This document shows positions 9,542 through 19,014 of a stretch of DNA of 64,000 bases, in pieces (the first letter of the stretch is position 1; each line of letters starts with the position of its first letter). The stretch spans positions 2,208,001 to 2,272,000 of the forward strand of contig CAXXWQ010000003.1 in assembly GCA_963674945.2 (NCBI GenBank). The letters are read 5' to 3'. The notes beneath the pieces are model-generated. The model saw only the letters and a list, made by a program, of their open reading frames with translations. It was not told the DNA's origin and did no database searches. Position numbers and translations under genes: made by a program. Source of the DNA: an uncultured Desulfosarcina sp. GTDB taxonomy: Bacteria; Desulfobacterota; Desulfobacteria; Desulfobacterales; Desulfosarcinaceae.

Positions 9542-9913
9542 ATGGGATCCAAAGACGATAAAATAGAATCTTGCCAGTCGTTCACGACCACGTCGGTAAC
9601 AGCACAATGCGCTGGAATCGCAGCGGACATTCATCCGGATGACAGTTTGCCTTTCCTTGAACCGCCGGTTTTTACAAACCTGGGCAGCGAACCGGAATGC
9701 GGCGTCGAAATACCGGACAACAAACGGATCGCCCGGTTGTTCATCGGTTTTGGCGGTATTGCCGCTTCGACGATGTTTGTCATGGCAGGCTTCGAACGGG
9801 CGTCATCGGTCTTTATCCCTTCCATCACATTGCTCAGCGTTTTCGCCGGTGCCGGATTCGTGTACCTCTTCGTAAAGGCCATCCTGGCCGCCGAATACGA
9901 TTTTGAGTTGTAG
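9542..9913 (+). CDS. Hypothetical membrane protein (two C-terminal TM helices)
   Basis: 123-aa ORF with two hydrophobic segments filling the intergenic space; no family recognised. Confidence 0.5.
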   Translation: MGSKDDKIESCQSFTTTSVTAQCAGIAADIHPDDSLPFLEPPVFTNLGSEPECGVEIPDNKRIARLFIGFGGIAASTMFVMAGFERASSVFIPSITLLSVFAGAGFVYLFVKAILAAEYDFEL

Positions 9914-10041
9914 AACCGAACCGATCGCCTACCTGGTCGGTTCATCGTCTTTCCACTCTCCTGTCTTGAAATGCATGCGAATTCGGGTATAATTTGGGCC
10001 TAACCATTAATCGTGTTCGCCGAGAAATAGGAGATTCTGTG

Positions 10042-10812
10042 ATGGCTCGAATCATTTCGCTGGTTTGGTTGACAGGTGTTCTTGTTCTGGGGGCGGTCAG
10101 CTCCGCAGGGGCCGTTGGTGCTGAAATTGCGTTTGGCGGTTGGATGCAGTGCCCCAGCGGCATAATCGGATATCAACCTTCCGGTGAAACCGATCTGCTG
10201 GATCTGGAAGAGAACCTGATGTATGACGACGAAACACGAGCCTATGCACGTATGTATGTCGACATGCCCTTTTATGTCCCCAACGTTTACTTGATGGCCG
10301 CACCAATGGAATTCGATTCCGACGGCCTAGTGGAAAACGGATTCAATTTCGGTGGTTCCGCGTTTGAGGCGGGTTCTTTTTATTCGGAAATGGAGTGGAA
10401 GAATATCGATATCGGCCTGTATTACGGGGTCCCTTTTTTTGAAAAGAAAAATAAATATGTGTTCAACATCGATTTCGGGCTGAACCTAAGACTGATCGAT
10501 TACGAACTGATAATACGCCAGCCGGAAAATCGGTTAACCAAAAAAACATCCGATATCATTTACCTTCCCCTGCTATTTCTTGCAGTTCAGTTTCGTCCCA
10601 TGGAACGGTTGTCCGTGGAAGTGGAAGGCAGGGGAATCTCTTACGACGAAAACGAAATTCTCAGTTTGATTGGCCGGGTTGAAGTGAAAATCGCAGGCCC
10701 CGTTTTTTTGGCGGGTGGATATCGGTATGAGAAATCCAAGCTGGATGAGGATGACATTCAAGCGGATATGGAGTTCAGCGGTCCATTTCTGGAATTGGGC
10801 TTATCCCTGTAA
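10042..10812 (+). CDS. Outer membrane beta-barrel protein (TIGR04219-like)
   Basis: AGGAG RBS, signal peptide, alternating beta-strands, PFYVPNVY, GGYRY, C-terminal FSGPFLELGLSL. Confidence 0.7.
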   Translation: MARIISLVWLTGVLVLGAVSSAGAVGAEIAFGGWMQCPSGIIGYQPSGETDLLDLEENLMYDDETRAYARMYVDMPFYVPNVYLMAAPMEFDSDGLVENGFNFGGSAFEAGSFYSEMEWKNIDIGLYYGVPFFEKKNKYVFNIDFGLNLRLIDYELIIRQPENRLTKKTSDIIYLPLLFLAVQFRPMERLSVEVEGRGISYDENEILSLIGRVEVKIAGPVFLAGGYRYEKSKLDEDDIQADMEFSGPFLELGLSL

Positions 10813-10919
10813 AACCCTTTTGACATAGTTCTGAAAACCGTCCGCCACAGACCGCCATTTACTCGTTTCATTGTTTTCGATTCCGTGTCCGCTCATATCC
10901 AACGAATAAGGAGGACGTT

Positions 10920-11381
10920 ATGGCATTGTATCTAGTCCAACATGGGAAGAGCAATCCAAAAACAATAGACCCCGAAAAGGGACTGTCCGAAGAAAGTATG
11001 GAAGAAGTTACGCGGATCGCGCAAGTTGCGGCCGGGTATGGCTGTAAGGTTGGCAAAATATTTCACAGTGGAAAGAAACGCGCCGAAGAGACGGCTGCCA
11101 TCTTTGCATCTCATCTGAAACCGGATGGTGGGGTCGAACAAATGGATGGCATCGATCCACTGGATGATGTCGTTCCCTTTTCACACACCCTATCGGCTGA
11201 AGACGACGCGATGGTGGTGGGCCACCTGCCGTTCATGGAGAGGCTGACATCCTACCTGATTATCGGCTCGGTGGAGCCACCTGTGTTTCAGTTTCAGAAC
11301 GGCGGGATCGTCTGTCTGGACAAGGGACCGGGTACACAGAACTGGATCGTGAAGTGGGCATTGATGCCGAATATTGGATAG
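10920..11381 (+). CDS. sixA: Phosphohistidine phosphatase SixA
   Basis: LYLVQHG, IFHSGKKRAEETA, MVVGHLPF; histidine phosphatase fold of SixA size. Confidence 0.85.
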   Translation: MALYLVQHGKSNPKTIDPEKGLSEESMEEVTRIAQVAAGYGCKVGKIFHSGKKRAEETAAIFASHLKPDGGVEQMDGIDPLDDVVPFSHTLSAEDDAMVVGHLPFMERLTSYLIIGSVEPPVFQFQNGGIVCLDKGPGTQNWIVKWALMPNIG

Positions 11382-11393
11382 AAACCGATCCAT

Positions 11394-14141
11394 CTACACG
11401 GTCTTTTCCGGCGGTTGGCGCTTTCCGTTTTCCGGTGCAAACGGCAATGAAAAATAAAAGGTGGCGCCTTTCCCGGGCGTACTCGTGACGCCGAGTTTTC
11501 CCCCGTGGTGCTCGATGATCTGGCGTGTGATGGACAACCCCAGGCCGGTTCCCGGCGGGCGACCTCTTTTTGAGTCGACGACCTGCTGAAATTTATCGAA
11601 GATATGCTCCTGGTCCGCCTCGCTGATGCCGATACCGTTATCCGATACATACACTACCAACGCATCGATTTCGTAAGCCACTCGTATTTCGATCCGTCCG
11701 TTCTCAGAATCGCAAAATTTTACGGCATTGGAAATCAGATTCACCATGGCCTGAATCAACTGGTCCTGGTCTCCCTGGATGGGCTGGGACCAGTCGGGCA
11801 TGGTAATCTCCATCCGAATATTTTTCTCATCCACCAATTGCCTCGTGGTACTCACCGCATCCGTTACCACATCTTTCACGTCCACGGTCGTAATGTTCCA
11901 GGTCGTACGGCCGGACTCCAGCTTTTGAAAATCGAGGACCTGGGTGATGAGCCGGGTGAGTCTTCGTGTCTCCCGGATGATGATGCCGGCAAACTCTTTC
12001 TGTCGGTCGGCGGGCGTGTCGGTGTAATCGTGAAGAATTTCGGCAAGGGATCGGATGGCGGTGAGCGGTGTCCGCAGCTCATGGGAAACGGTGGAGATGA
12101 ATTCGTCCTTCATCCGATCCAGTTCCCTGAGGCGCTGGTTGGCTGCCTTGAGTTCCGCGGTCGCCCGTTCCAGTTCATGGCTGTAGATGATGGCTTGCCG
12201 GGTTTCGTTCAAGATGTCCATCACCTCGTCGATGCCCAGAGGCTCTTCCTTGACAACCGATGCGACCATGACCCGGGCCGATGCCGACCCGATGGCACCG
12301 GCCAAAAGTTTCTCGATGTGATTGACCAGACCGGGGTCTCTGGTAAGTGCCTGGTCCCTGTCGATGCCATAGGCCATGACATAACTGTCCAACGCCGCAT
12401 CGGTCCGTTTTCTTCCCAGAAAACGCTGCAACATGGAAACGAGGTCCGGAAGGTAGGCGGTCCCCCGCCAGATGGAAGGGTCATGAACCCTGCCCACATA
12501 CCGGTAGACATCCACGAACATGCTGGCCTGGCTATGTTCCATGGCAGATGGACGGCTGAAGAGGGAACCGGCCAGGTAGCATCCCAAATTGGCCAGCATG
12601 CTCCAGAACACCGCATGGGTGATATGATCGAATACATCGAGTCCGAACAATTCGAACGGTTTGAGAAAGGAGATGCCAAAGGGACCGTGTTCCAGGTAGT
12701 CCTGAGGCATCAAGCCCGCACCGGCAAGGGAAGGGAGAAAAAGGGTATAGCCCCAGACGGAAAAACCGGCGATCAGGCCCAACAGTGCGCCGGTGCGCGT
12801 CCCTCCTTTCCAGAAAATGCCCAGCAGCAGCGCCGGTGCGAACTGCGCCACGGCCGTAAAGGAGACCAGTCCGATGGAGACCAGTGTATAGTGCTCGCCG
12901 GCATAGTGGAAGTAGGCGTAGCCCAGCATCAAGACCAGGATGATGGAAAGTCGTCGAATGGACATCAATATGCTGCTCAAATCCTCCCGCTGGGCCAGCT
13001 TAAAGGTGCGCATGTGAAGGAGCAGCGGCATTACCAGATCATTACAGATCATGGTGGAAAGAGCAACGGTCTCCATGATGACCATTCCCGTTGCCGCGGA
13101 CATGCCGCCGATGAATACCAGGACCGCCAGAAACAATTGTTCATTGGCCATAGGGAGGGTGAGAACGTACATGTCCGCGTCCAGTGCGCTGGCCCCGAAA
13201 CAAAGCTTGCCGGCAAATGCCACCGGTAAAACGAAGATGTTGATGGCCACGAGATACAAAGGAAAGAGCCAGATGGCCTTGTTCAGGTGTTTTTCGTTGA
13301 CATTCTCCACTACCAGTACCTGGAATTGGCGCGGAAGAAAGACGATGGCCATCATGGACAAGAAGATATGCGCCAGCCAGCTGTAGAAGGCGTCGGTATT
13401 GGTGGGAAGGGTCATCAGTTTCCGCAGTTCGTCCGATGCGATTGCCCGCTGGCCGAGATCGGCGAAACCATCGTAGAGGATGAAGGTGACGAAGATGCCG
13501 GCGGCCAGAAATGCCACGAGTTTGACGATGGACTCCAAGGCGATGGCCGCCACCAAACCCTCATGGCGTTCTGTGGCCTCCAGGCTGCGGGTGCCGAAAA
13601 TCGTCGCAAACAGCGCCAGGAACAGGGCCACGTAAAAGGTGGTGTCACTCCAGATACCGATCACCTCCGGAGAGGGCAGGGGGGCCAGGGAGGGATATTG
13701 ATGGATCAGGAGAAAGCTTGTGGAGATGGCTTTCAGCTGCAGTGAGATATAGGGAATGATTCCCAGCACGGCGATGACGGTCACCACACCCGCCAGCGTC
13801 ATGCTCTTGCCGTAACGGGAGCCGATGAAATCGGCAATGGAGGTGATCCGGTGAATTTTGGAAATCCGGATGATCTTTTTCAGCACCAGAAACCCCAAGG
13901 TGGCCATCAAGGTGGGACCCAGATAGGTGGTGAGATACCCCGGTCCTGCCGATGCGGCCCGACCGACGCTACCATAGAAAGTCCAGGCGGTACAATAAAC
14001 GGCCAGGGAAAGGGCGTAGATGTAGGGGTTGCTGATGATGCTCCTTCCCACATCGGCGCGTTTGTCACCAAAGTAGGCGACGCCGAACAGGATGCCGATG
14101 TAGCAAAGGGAAAAGAAGATGACGGTTTCCGTTGCCAGCAT
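11394..14141 (-). CDS. Sodium:solute symporter (SLC5)-STAC histidine kinase, CrbS/CbrA-like
   Basis: Multi-TM SLC5 domain (YALSLAVYCTAWTFYGSVG, LPRQFQVLVVEN); STAC-like EKLLAGAIGSASAR; HisKA VSHELRTPL; HATPase GTGLGL. Confidence 0.9.
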   Translation of the reverse strand: MLATETVIFFSLCYIGILFGVAYFGDKRADVGRSIISNPYIYALSLAVYCTAWTFYGSVGRAASAGPGYLTTYLGPTLMATLGFLVLKKIIRISKIHRITSIADFIGSRYGKSMTLAGVVTVIAVLGIIPYISLQLKAISTSFLLIHQYPSLAPLPSPEVIGIWSDTTFYVALFLALFATIFGTRSLEATERHEGLVAAIALESIVKLVAFLAAGIFVTFILYDGFADLGQRAIASDELRKLMTLPTNTDAFYSWLAHIFLSMMAIVFLPRQFQVLVVENVNEKHLNKAIWLFPLYLVAINIFVLPVAFAGKLCFGASALDADMYVLTLPMANEQLFLAVLVFIGGMSAATGMVIMETVALSTMICNDLVMPLLLHMRTFKLAQREDLSSILMSIRRLSIILVLMLGYAYFHYAGEHYTLVSIGLVSFTAVAQFAPALLLGIFWKGGTRTGALLGLIAGFSVWGYTLFLPSLAGAGLMPQDYLEHGPFGISFLKPFELFGLDVFDHITHAVFWSMLANLGCYLAGSLFSRPSAMEHSQASMFVDVYRYVGRVHDPSIWRGTAYLPDLVSMLQRFLGRKRTDAALDSYVMAYGIDRDQALTRDPGLVNHIEKLLAGAIGSASARVMVASVVKEEPLGIDEVMDILNETRQAIIYSHELERATAELKAANQRLRELDRMKDEFISTVSHELRTPLTAIRSLAEILHDYTDTPADRQKEFAGIIIRETRRLTRLITQVLDFQKLESGRTTWNITTVDVKDVVTDAVSTTRQLVDEKNIRMEITMPDWSQPIQGDQDQLIQAMVNLISNAVKFCDSENGRIEIRVAYEIDALVVYVSDNGIGISEADQEHIFDKFQQVVDSKRGRPPGTGLGLSITRQIIEHHGGKLGVTSTPGKGATFYFSLPFAPENGKRQPPEKTV

Positions 14142-14152
14142 AGCAGTATCCG

Positions 14153-14377
14153 TTACTCGTCATGTTCGGAAGATCGAATCGACGGCTTGGATTGACTGAC
14201 CAGGAAGGTCAGAAAAATGATAAACATCCAGGAACCGAAAAGGTACAAAAACATGATGGGAATGCCAAACACCAGCACCGGACGATCGAAGAGGAGGAGA
14301 AACGGGTAGTTGAACAAGACCAGGCTGATAAAGAAAATTCCCACCAGGCGTATGCTTCTTATTTTGTCGCGGGTCAT
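14153..14377 (-). CDS. Small two-TM membrane protein accompanying the SLC5 kinase (DUF3311-like)
   Basis: LVLFNYPFL...VFGIPIMFLYLFGSW; GGGAG RBS; ends 11 bp before the kinase start. Confidence 0.75.
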   Translation of the reverse strand: MTRDKIRSIRLVGIFFISLVLFNYPFLLLFDRPVLVFGIPIMFLYLFGSWMFIIFLTFLVSQSKPSIRSSEHDE

Positions 14378-14395
14378 GGGGCGGCTCCCTGAACC

Positions 14396-14537
14396 TGACG
14401 GCTTCGTAAAAAGCCCGATATCGGTGTTACGCTTCGTCCCTCGTCATAAATACGCCTCATTCCTCGGGTCTTGCAAGCCTTGATCTCGAACTTCTGAGGA
14501 ACTCGTTCATTAACCCGACTTTTTACGTGTTCATCAA
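14396..14537 (+). repeat. MITE-like dispersed repeat, copy 2
   Basis: tgacggcttcgtaaaaagcccgatatcgg...gactttttacgtgttcatcaa; imperfect terminal inverted repeats; left arm of the internal hairpin is deleted. Confidence 0.85.
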
Positions 14538-14574
14538 TATTGCGTTGTGCCCCTATGGATATGGAAAGGCGGGT

Positions 14575-15321
14575 CTACTCGATTTCAACCTCCGCGGGGG
14601 CGATGATGTTCGGATTCTCTCTATCGGACAGTGCAGGCATGGAGATGGTTTTCAACTGCCAGCCACGATGTCGCAAAACCCCGGTAAAAGGTGGCTGGCC
14701 GACCACATTGCCCACCAGTTTGATGGCGCTTTGATCGAATCCCTGGTCAATCTGCACACGCTCCCCTTCGGCTTCTTTCATCACGGGCGCCAAAGCCAGG
14801 TAGCGGTCCACGGTCTTCCGGCAATTTTCGTGAATGCTGCGTACGGCTGCCCCAATCTGTGCATCCTGATACAAGGTAAGATCCTCCTGCAAGAAATCCA
14901 TGAGACGACCCTGGCGCTGGAGAACCGAAAAGAGATGGACAAACAACCGTTTTTCCTTGTTCTCCCGCTTGTCCCGTTGTGTTTCGGTTTCCTGTAAGGT
15001 TGCAGACTTTTTCTCAGGTTTGGCCACCTTGGACGGGGGCGGTTCCCTGTTGGCGACGAGAAGTTTGGTCAAGGTGTTTCTTTGAAACATCCAAACGAGG
15101 ATACCATACAAAAAAAGAAATGCGAACATACAGATGTAAATGACCGGGTCCATCGGCGTCCCCGGTTTCTGGGCCTGCCAGTAGAAGCCGGCAACGACGG
15201 CGAACAGGATCGTCGAGAAAAAACAGGATAGAAAAAAGGTGCGCAGGGAAAAAGACTTCAGTAACATATGAGGTTTCATCGATATTTGGCCTGTTGGGTT
15301 TTTTATTGAAAAAGACGTCAT
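14575..15321 (-). CDS. DUF2760-domain membrane protein
   Basis: Two N-terminal TMs; LQRQGRLMDFLQEDL..YQDAQIGAAVRSIH, LVGNVVGQPPFTGVLRHRGW, IIAPAEVE. Confidence 0.8.
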   Translation of the reverse strand: MTSFSIKNPTGQISMKPHMLLKSFSLRTFFLSCFFSTILFAVVAGFYWQAQKPGTPMDPVIYICMFAFLFLYGILVWMFQRNTLTKLLVANREPPPSKVAKPEKKSATLQETETQRDKRENKEKRLFVHLFSVLQRQGRLMDFLQEDLTLYQDAQIGAAVRSIHENCRKTVDRYLALAPVMKEAEGERVQIDQGFDQSAIKLVGNVVGQPPFTGVLRHRGWQLKTISMPALSDRENPNIIAPAEVEIE

Positions 15322-15426
15322 ACCTATTTTCTAGGGTCTATAATGAAAACTCTCGTGTTCTGTCAATACAATCGATGCCAGGAATTGCCTTGTGAAGGGT
15401 GTATGGTTGTGATAATCACGTTACAA

Positions 15427-15582
15427 TTGACGGGTTCGCAAAAAGTCCGATATCGGCGTTACGCTTCATCCTTCGTCACTGCGGCGTACGATCAGTACGC
15501 CTCATTCCTCAAGGACTCGCAAGTCTTGATCTCGGGCTTTTTACGAATCCGTCCGAACAGCGACCTTTTACGAGTTCATCAA
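15427..15582 (+). repeat. MITE-like dispersed repeat, copy 3 (most complete)
   Basis: ttgacgggttcgcaaaaagtcc...GGCGTAC-gatca-GTACGCC...gctttttacgaatccgtc...gaccttttacgagttcatcaa. Confidence 0.88.
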
Positions 15583-15655
15583 AATTGGGAGCAGGAATGA
15601 GCCGGTTCACGTATCACATTCGATGTTCGCTTTCAACCGCGTGAGAACCATTATC

Positions 15656-15880
15656 ATGGCAAACAATTTCAGACATCGTTTCGATTTTGATATCGGTTAT
15701 TTGATAAAAAGTCCATGCAAAGAGTGTGTGGATCGTTATCTGTTTCCTGATTGCATAGACGACTGCATGCCGCTGGATCGAATCCGTACGGTATTGGCCA
15801 ACTCCGTATCCTGCTCCAGGGTCCATTCATCCATGGAATCCAGCGCCATTTTTAATGACACTACGGAAAAGAAACAGTAA
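15656..15880 (+). CDS. Small cysteine-rich hypothetical protein
   Basis: FDFDIGYLIKSPCKEC-x8-CIDDC...SC; 74 aa. Confidence 0.6.
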   Translation: MANNFRHRFDFDIGYLIKSPCKECVDRYLFPDCIDDCMPLDRIRTVLANSVSCSRVHSSMESSAIFNDTTEKKQ

Positions 15881-16034
15881 AGACGCCGTTTTCGAACCTA
15901 CCCGCCCAAAACCCGTTGTCAACAGCGACCTCCGGTTGCCGAAAACAAACCGAAGAGGCAAATCAATTCTGACATCATCCAACATCTTTTTCAAATGCGC
16001 GTGATGTCATGGCGGCTCAAGATCAGGAGGGACC

Positions 16035-17663
16035 ATGGGGAGTTATCGCTTTCATCATCAGCCACAGTATGAACGCCTGGCGGCGCATGCCAAAACCATG
16101 GAAGGCGACGCGTATCACCTCCGTGAACTGGTTCGTGCCCGTAACCGGTTAGCGGATTTCAGTGTCAGTGGCGGTGGCATCTTCTTCGATTTTTCCCGAC
16201 AGCGGGTGGTCAGCGAAACCATGGCAATGCTTTTCGATCTGGCCGAAAACGCCGATGTGCGCACCCGGTTCTCTGACATGACCCGTGGGAAAAAGGTCAA
16301 TCGAACCGAAAATCGAGCCGCCCTTCACACGGCAACACGGGATTTTTCCGGTTCGCCGGTTGTGTTGGACGGACGGGATATTCAGCCGGAACTCGCCGCC
16401 GTGCGAAGGAAAATCGAAGTATTCAGCCAAAGTGTGCACCGGGGGGACGTTGCCGGTTCAACGGGCAAAGCATTCCGCCATGTTGTCGTGGTGGGCATCG
16501 GTGGCAGCTACCTGGGTACCGAATTTGTCGCCAAAGCCCTGGAGGCCTATGCCGACAGGCAGATGACACTGGATTTTGTCGCCAATGTGGACATTCACAA
16601 TTTCGGGGCCGTCTGGATGCGGCGGTCGCCGGAAAAGACCCTGTGGATCATCATATCCAAGAGCTACACCACCGTCGAGACCATGGCCAACGAGGCGCTG
16701 ATCCGACGCCACATGGATGCCGCCAATCTGGACCCATCCAAGCATATCGTTACGGTTACCAGCAAGGGAAGCCCCGGCGATCAGGGCGGCACACAAAACC
16801 TGGCCTCATTTCATATGTTTGATTTCATCGGCGGGCGATACAGCGTGACCTCCGCCGTTGGCGGTGTGCCTTTGAGCCTCTATTTTGGCTACGATCGTTT
16901 CGAGCGGTTTTTAAAAGGTGCGCAGGAGATGGACATCCACGCAGTGAACGCCGCACCCGAAAAGAACATTCCCCTCCTGGCCGCCCTGATCTCAATATGG
17001 AATACCAGTTTTCTCCGGTATCCCAACAACGCCATCATCCCCTACGCATCACCGCTATGCAGATTGACACCACACGTCCAGCAGCTGAACATGGAGAGCA
17101 ATGGGAAGTCCGTCGATACACAGGGACGATTTCTGCGGGAGCCCGCCGGTACCGTCATTTTCGGAGAGCCGGGCACCAATGCCCAGCACTCCTTTTTTCA
17201 ACTGGCGCACCAGGGAAAGGCCTTTCCCATTGATTTTATCGGTGTTTTGCACCCGCAGTACCGAATCGACGAAGGACGCTTCAAAGGGGTGGGACATCAG
17301 CAGGAGTTGTGGGCAAATATGCTGGCCCAGGCCACGGCACTGGCAAACGGTCGGGAAAGCGAGGATCCGGCGAGGTTCTTTTCGGGGAACCGGCCCTCAT
17401 CGATTATCGTTCTGGAAAACTTGGAACCGGAAAACGTCGGCCGGTTGCTATCGTTTTACGAAGCCAAGACCGTATTCGAGGCTTTCATCTGGGGGATCAA
17501 TCCCTTTGACCAGTTTGGCGTGGAACTTGGAAAGGTGACCGCCGGGACCTTGCGAAGCGAGATTGCATTCCGAAACGATGATTCGAACCACGACTTTGCC
17601 GGCATCGATCCCATTAACCGCGCCTATCTGCAGATGATGTCCGACGGCCGGATTCCGAAGTAG
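16035..17663 (+). CDS. pgi: Glucose-6-phosphate isomerase
   Basis: NRTENRAALH, GIGGSYLG, SKS.TT.ET, GGRYSVTS, QQLNMESNGK, GTNAQHSFFQ, INPFDQFGVELGK. Confidence 0.96.
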   Translation: MGSYRFHHQPQYERLAAHAKTMEGDAYHLRELVRARNRLADFSVSGGGIFFDFSRQRVVSETMAMLFDLAENADVRTRFSDMTRGKKVNRTENRAALHTATRDFSGSPVVLDGRDIQPELAAVRRKIEVFSQSVHRGDVAGSTGKAFRHVVVVGIGGSYLGTEFVAKALEAYADRQMTLDFVANVDIHNFGAVWMRRSPEKTLWIIISKSYTTVETMANEALIRRHMDAANLDPSKHIVTVTSKGSPGDQGGTQNLASFHMFDFIGGRYSVTSAVGGVPLSLYFGYDRFERFLKGAQEMDIHAVNAAPEKNIPLLAALISIWNTSFLRYPNNAIIPYASPLCRLTPHVQQLNMESNGKSVDTQGRFLREPAGTVIFGEPGTNAQHSFFQLAHQGKAFPIDFIGVLHPQYRIDEGRFKGVGHQQELWANMLAQATALANGRESEDPARFFSGNRPSSIIVLENLEPENVGRLLSFYEAKTVFEAFIWGINPFDQFGVELGKVTAGTLRSEIAFRNDDSNHDFAGIDPINRAYLQMMSDGRIPK

Positions 17664-17757
17664 GTCCTTTCGGCGGACTATTTATCCGGTTATTTTATTC
17701 AATCGACAAAGTCGAGAACGCCGGCATGGGCCATGAGATGCCCTTTGTGTGAGGACA

Positions 17758-18768
17758 CTACACGGGGAACCGGTAAAGGACAGCCCCCCACGTAACCCCC
17801 GCACCCAGTCCGAGAAACATGACCGTGCTGCCCGGTCCCACGATCTTTTTTTCCACGGCTTCGTCCAGGGCGATGGGAATACTCGCCGCCGTCGTGTTTC
17901 CGTATTTCTGGATGTTGTTGAATACCTTGGATTCCGGAAGATCCAATGCCTTGGCAAAGGCTTGGTTAATTCGCAGATTGGCCTGGTGGGGGATGAACAG
18001 GTCCACTTCGGAAAGTGGGACATCCGCTGCCGACAAGGCTTCTTTCGCCACTTCGGGAAGCCGCCGCACCGCGTGTTTGAATATGTTCCTGCCATCCATA
18101 TGGGGATAGTGTTTGCCCTCTGCCAACATCGTTTCATCGATTCTGGGATTTTCCCTTGATGCCGGTGCGTAAACCATCAGGCTTTCTGCCAGGGAACCGT
18201 CGGCATGAAGACACGAGGCGAGAACGCCGGCATTCACATCTGTTTCCATTCGTTCCAGACAAACGGCAGCCGCGCCATCACCAAAAATCACCGCAACATC
18301 CCTTCCGTTCGTGCTGACGTCGAGGCCTGTGCTGTGAACCTCGGCGCCGACCAAAAGCACGCGCTCGGCCATGCCGCTTCGAATGTATGCATCGGCGGTG
18401 GCCATGCCGTACAGAAAACCGGTACATTGCTGACGGATGTCCAGGGCAGGCGTCGTTGTCAGGCCCAGTTTATGGGCCAGCAGGCATCCGGAGCCGGGGA
18501 AAAAATAGTCCGGGCTCAGTGTGGCGAAAACAATGAGGTCGATCTCATTCGGTTCCCAACCGGCACGTTCCAAGGCGATTTTCGAAGCTTCAAATCCCAG
18601 ATCGGCTACACCAACGCCGCCCTCTTCCGGAATCCAATGACGCTTTTGAATGCCGGTACGTTGGACAATCCATTCATCGGATGTATCCATTTTCTGCGCA
18701 AGGTCCTCATTGGTAACGATTCGCGGCGGAAGGTATCGGCCGGTACTCCTTAAAACAGTTCGTTTCAT
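17758..18768 (-). CDS. fabH: Beta-ketoacyl-ACP synthase III
   Basis: DTSDEWIVQRTGI, QQCTGF (catalytic Cys), FGDGA, PHQANLRI, GNTTAASIP, GAGVTWG. Confidence 0.93.
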   Translation of the reverse strand: MKRTVLRSTGRYLPPRIVTNEDLAQKMDTSDEWIVQRTGIQKRHWIPEEGGVGVADLGFEASKIALERAGWEPNEIDLIVFATLSPDYFFPGSGCLLAHKLGLTTTPALDIRQQCTGFLYGMATADAYIRSGMAERVLLVGAEVHSTGLDVSTNGRDVAVIFGDGAAAVCLERMETDVNAGVLASCLHADGSLAESLMVYAPASRENPRIDETMLAEGKHYPHMDGRNIFKHAVRRLPEVAKEALSAADVPLSEVDLFIPHQANLRINQAFAKALDLPESKVFNNIQKYGNTTAASIPIALDEAVEKKIVGPGSTVMFLGLGAGVTWGAVLYRFPV

Positions 18769-18986
18769 GATCGCGCACTCCTTGATGGGGAATCCATTTT
18801 ATGGGAAAGGCCGGTATCGTTGACGCGTAACCGGAATTTTATCGGTTTCGATATCCAACATATACGTTTAGATCAAAAAATGATCAACCATTTTGCCGTA
18901 ATCCGATCACGATGGGAAAGTCTTAAAGGCAGATGCACGACTTTTGCAGCAAAAAACATTTCATGGATCGATTATAGATAAAATTC

Positions 18987-19014
18987 TTAAGTTTGCCGGT
19001 TCTGTCGTCGATAT
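18987..19014 (+). promoter_or_regulatory. Possible sigma28 (FliA)-like promoter
   Basis: TTAAG-N15-GTCGATAT (TTAAGTTT...GTCGATAT) about 160 bp upstream of the acidic-repeat gene. Confidence 0.4.

Noticed and set aside
11604..13229. 541-aa plus-strand ORF
   Set aside because: Antisense shadow of the SLC5 kinase; no motifs.
15343..15644. ORFs of 85 and 81 aa
   Set aside because: They run through MITE copy 3; similar peptide text appears at the other copies.
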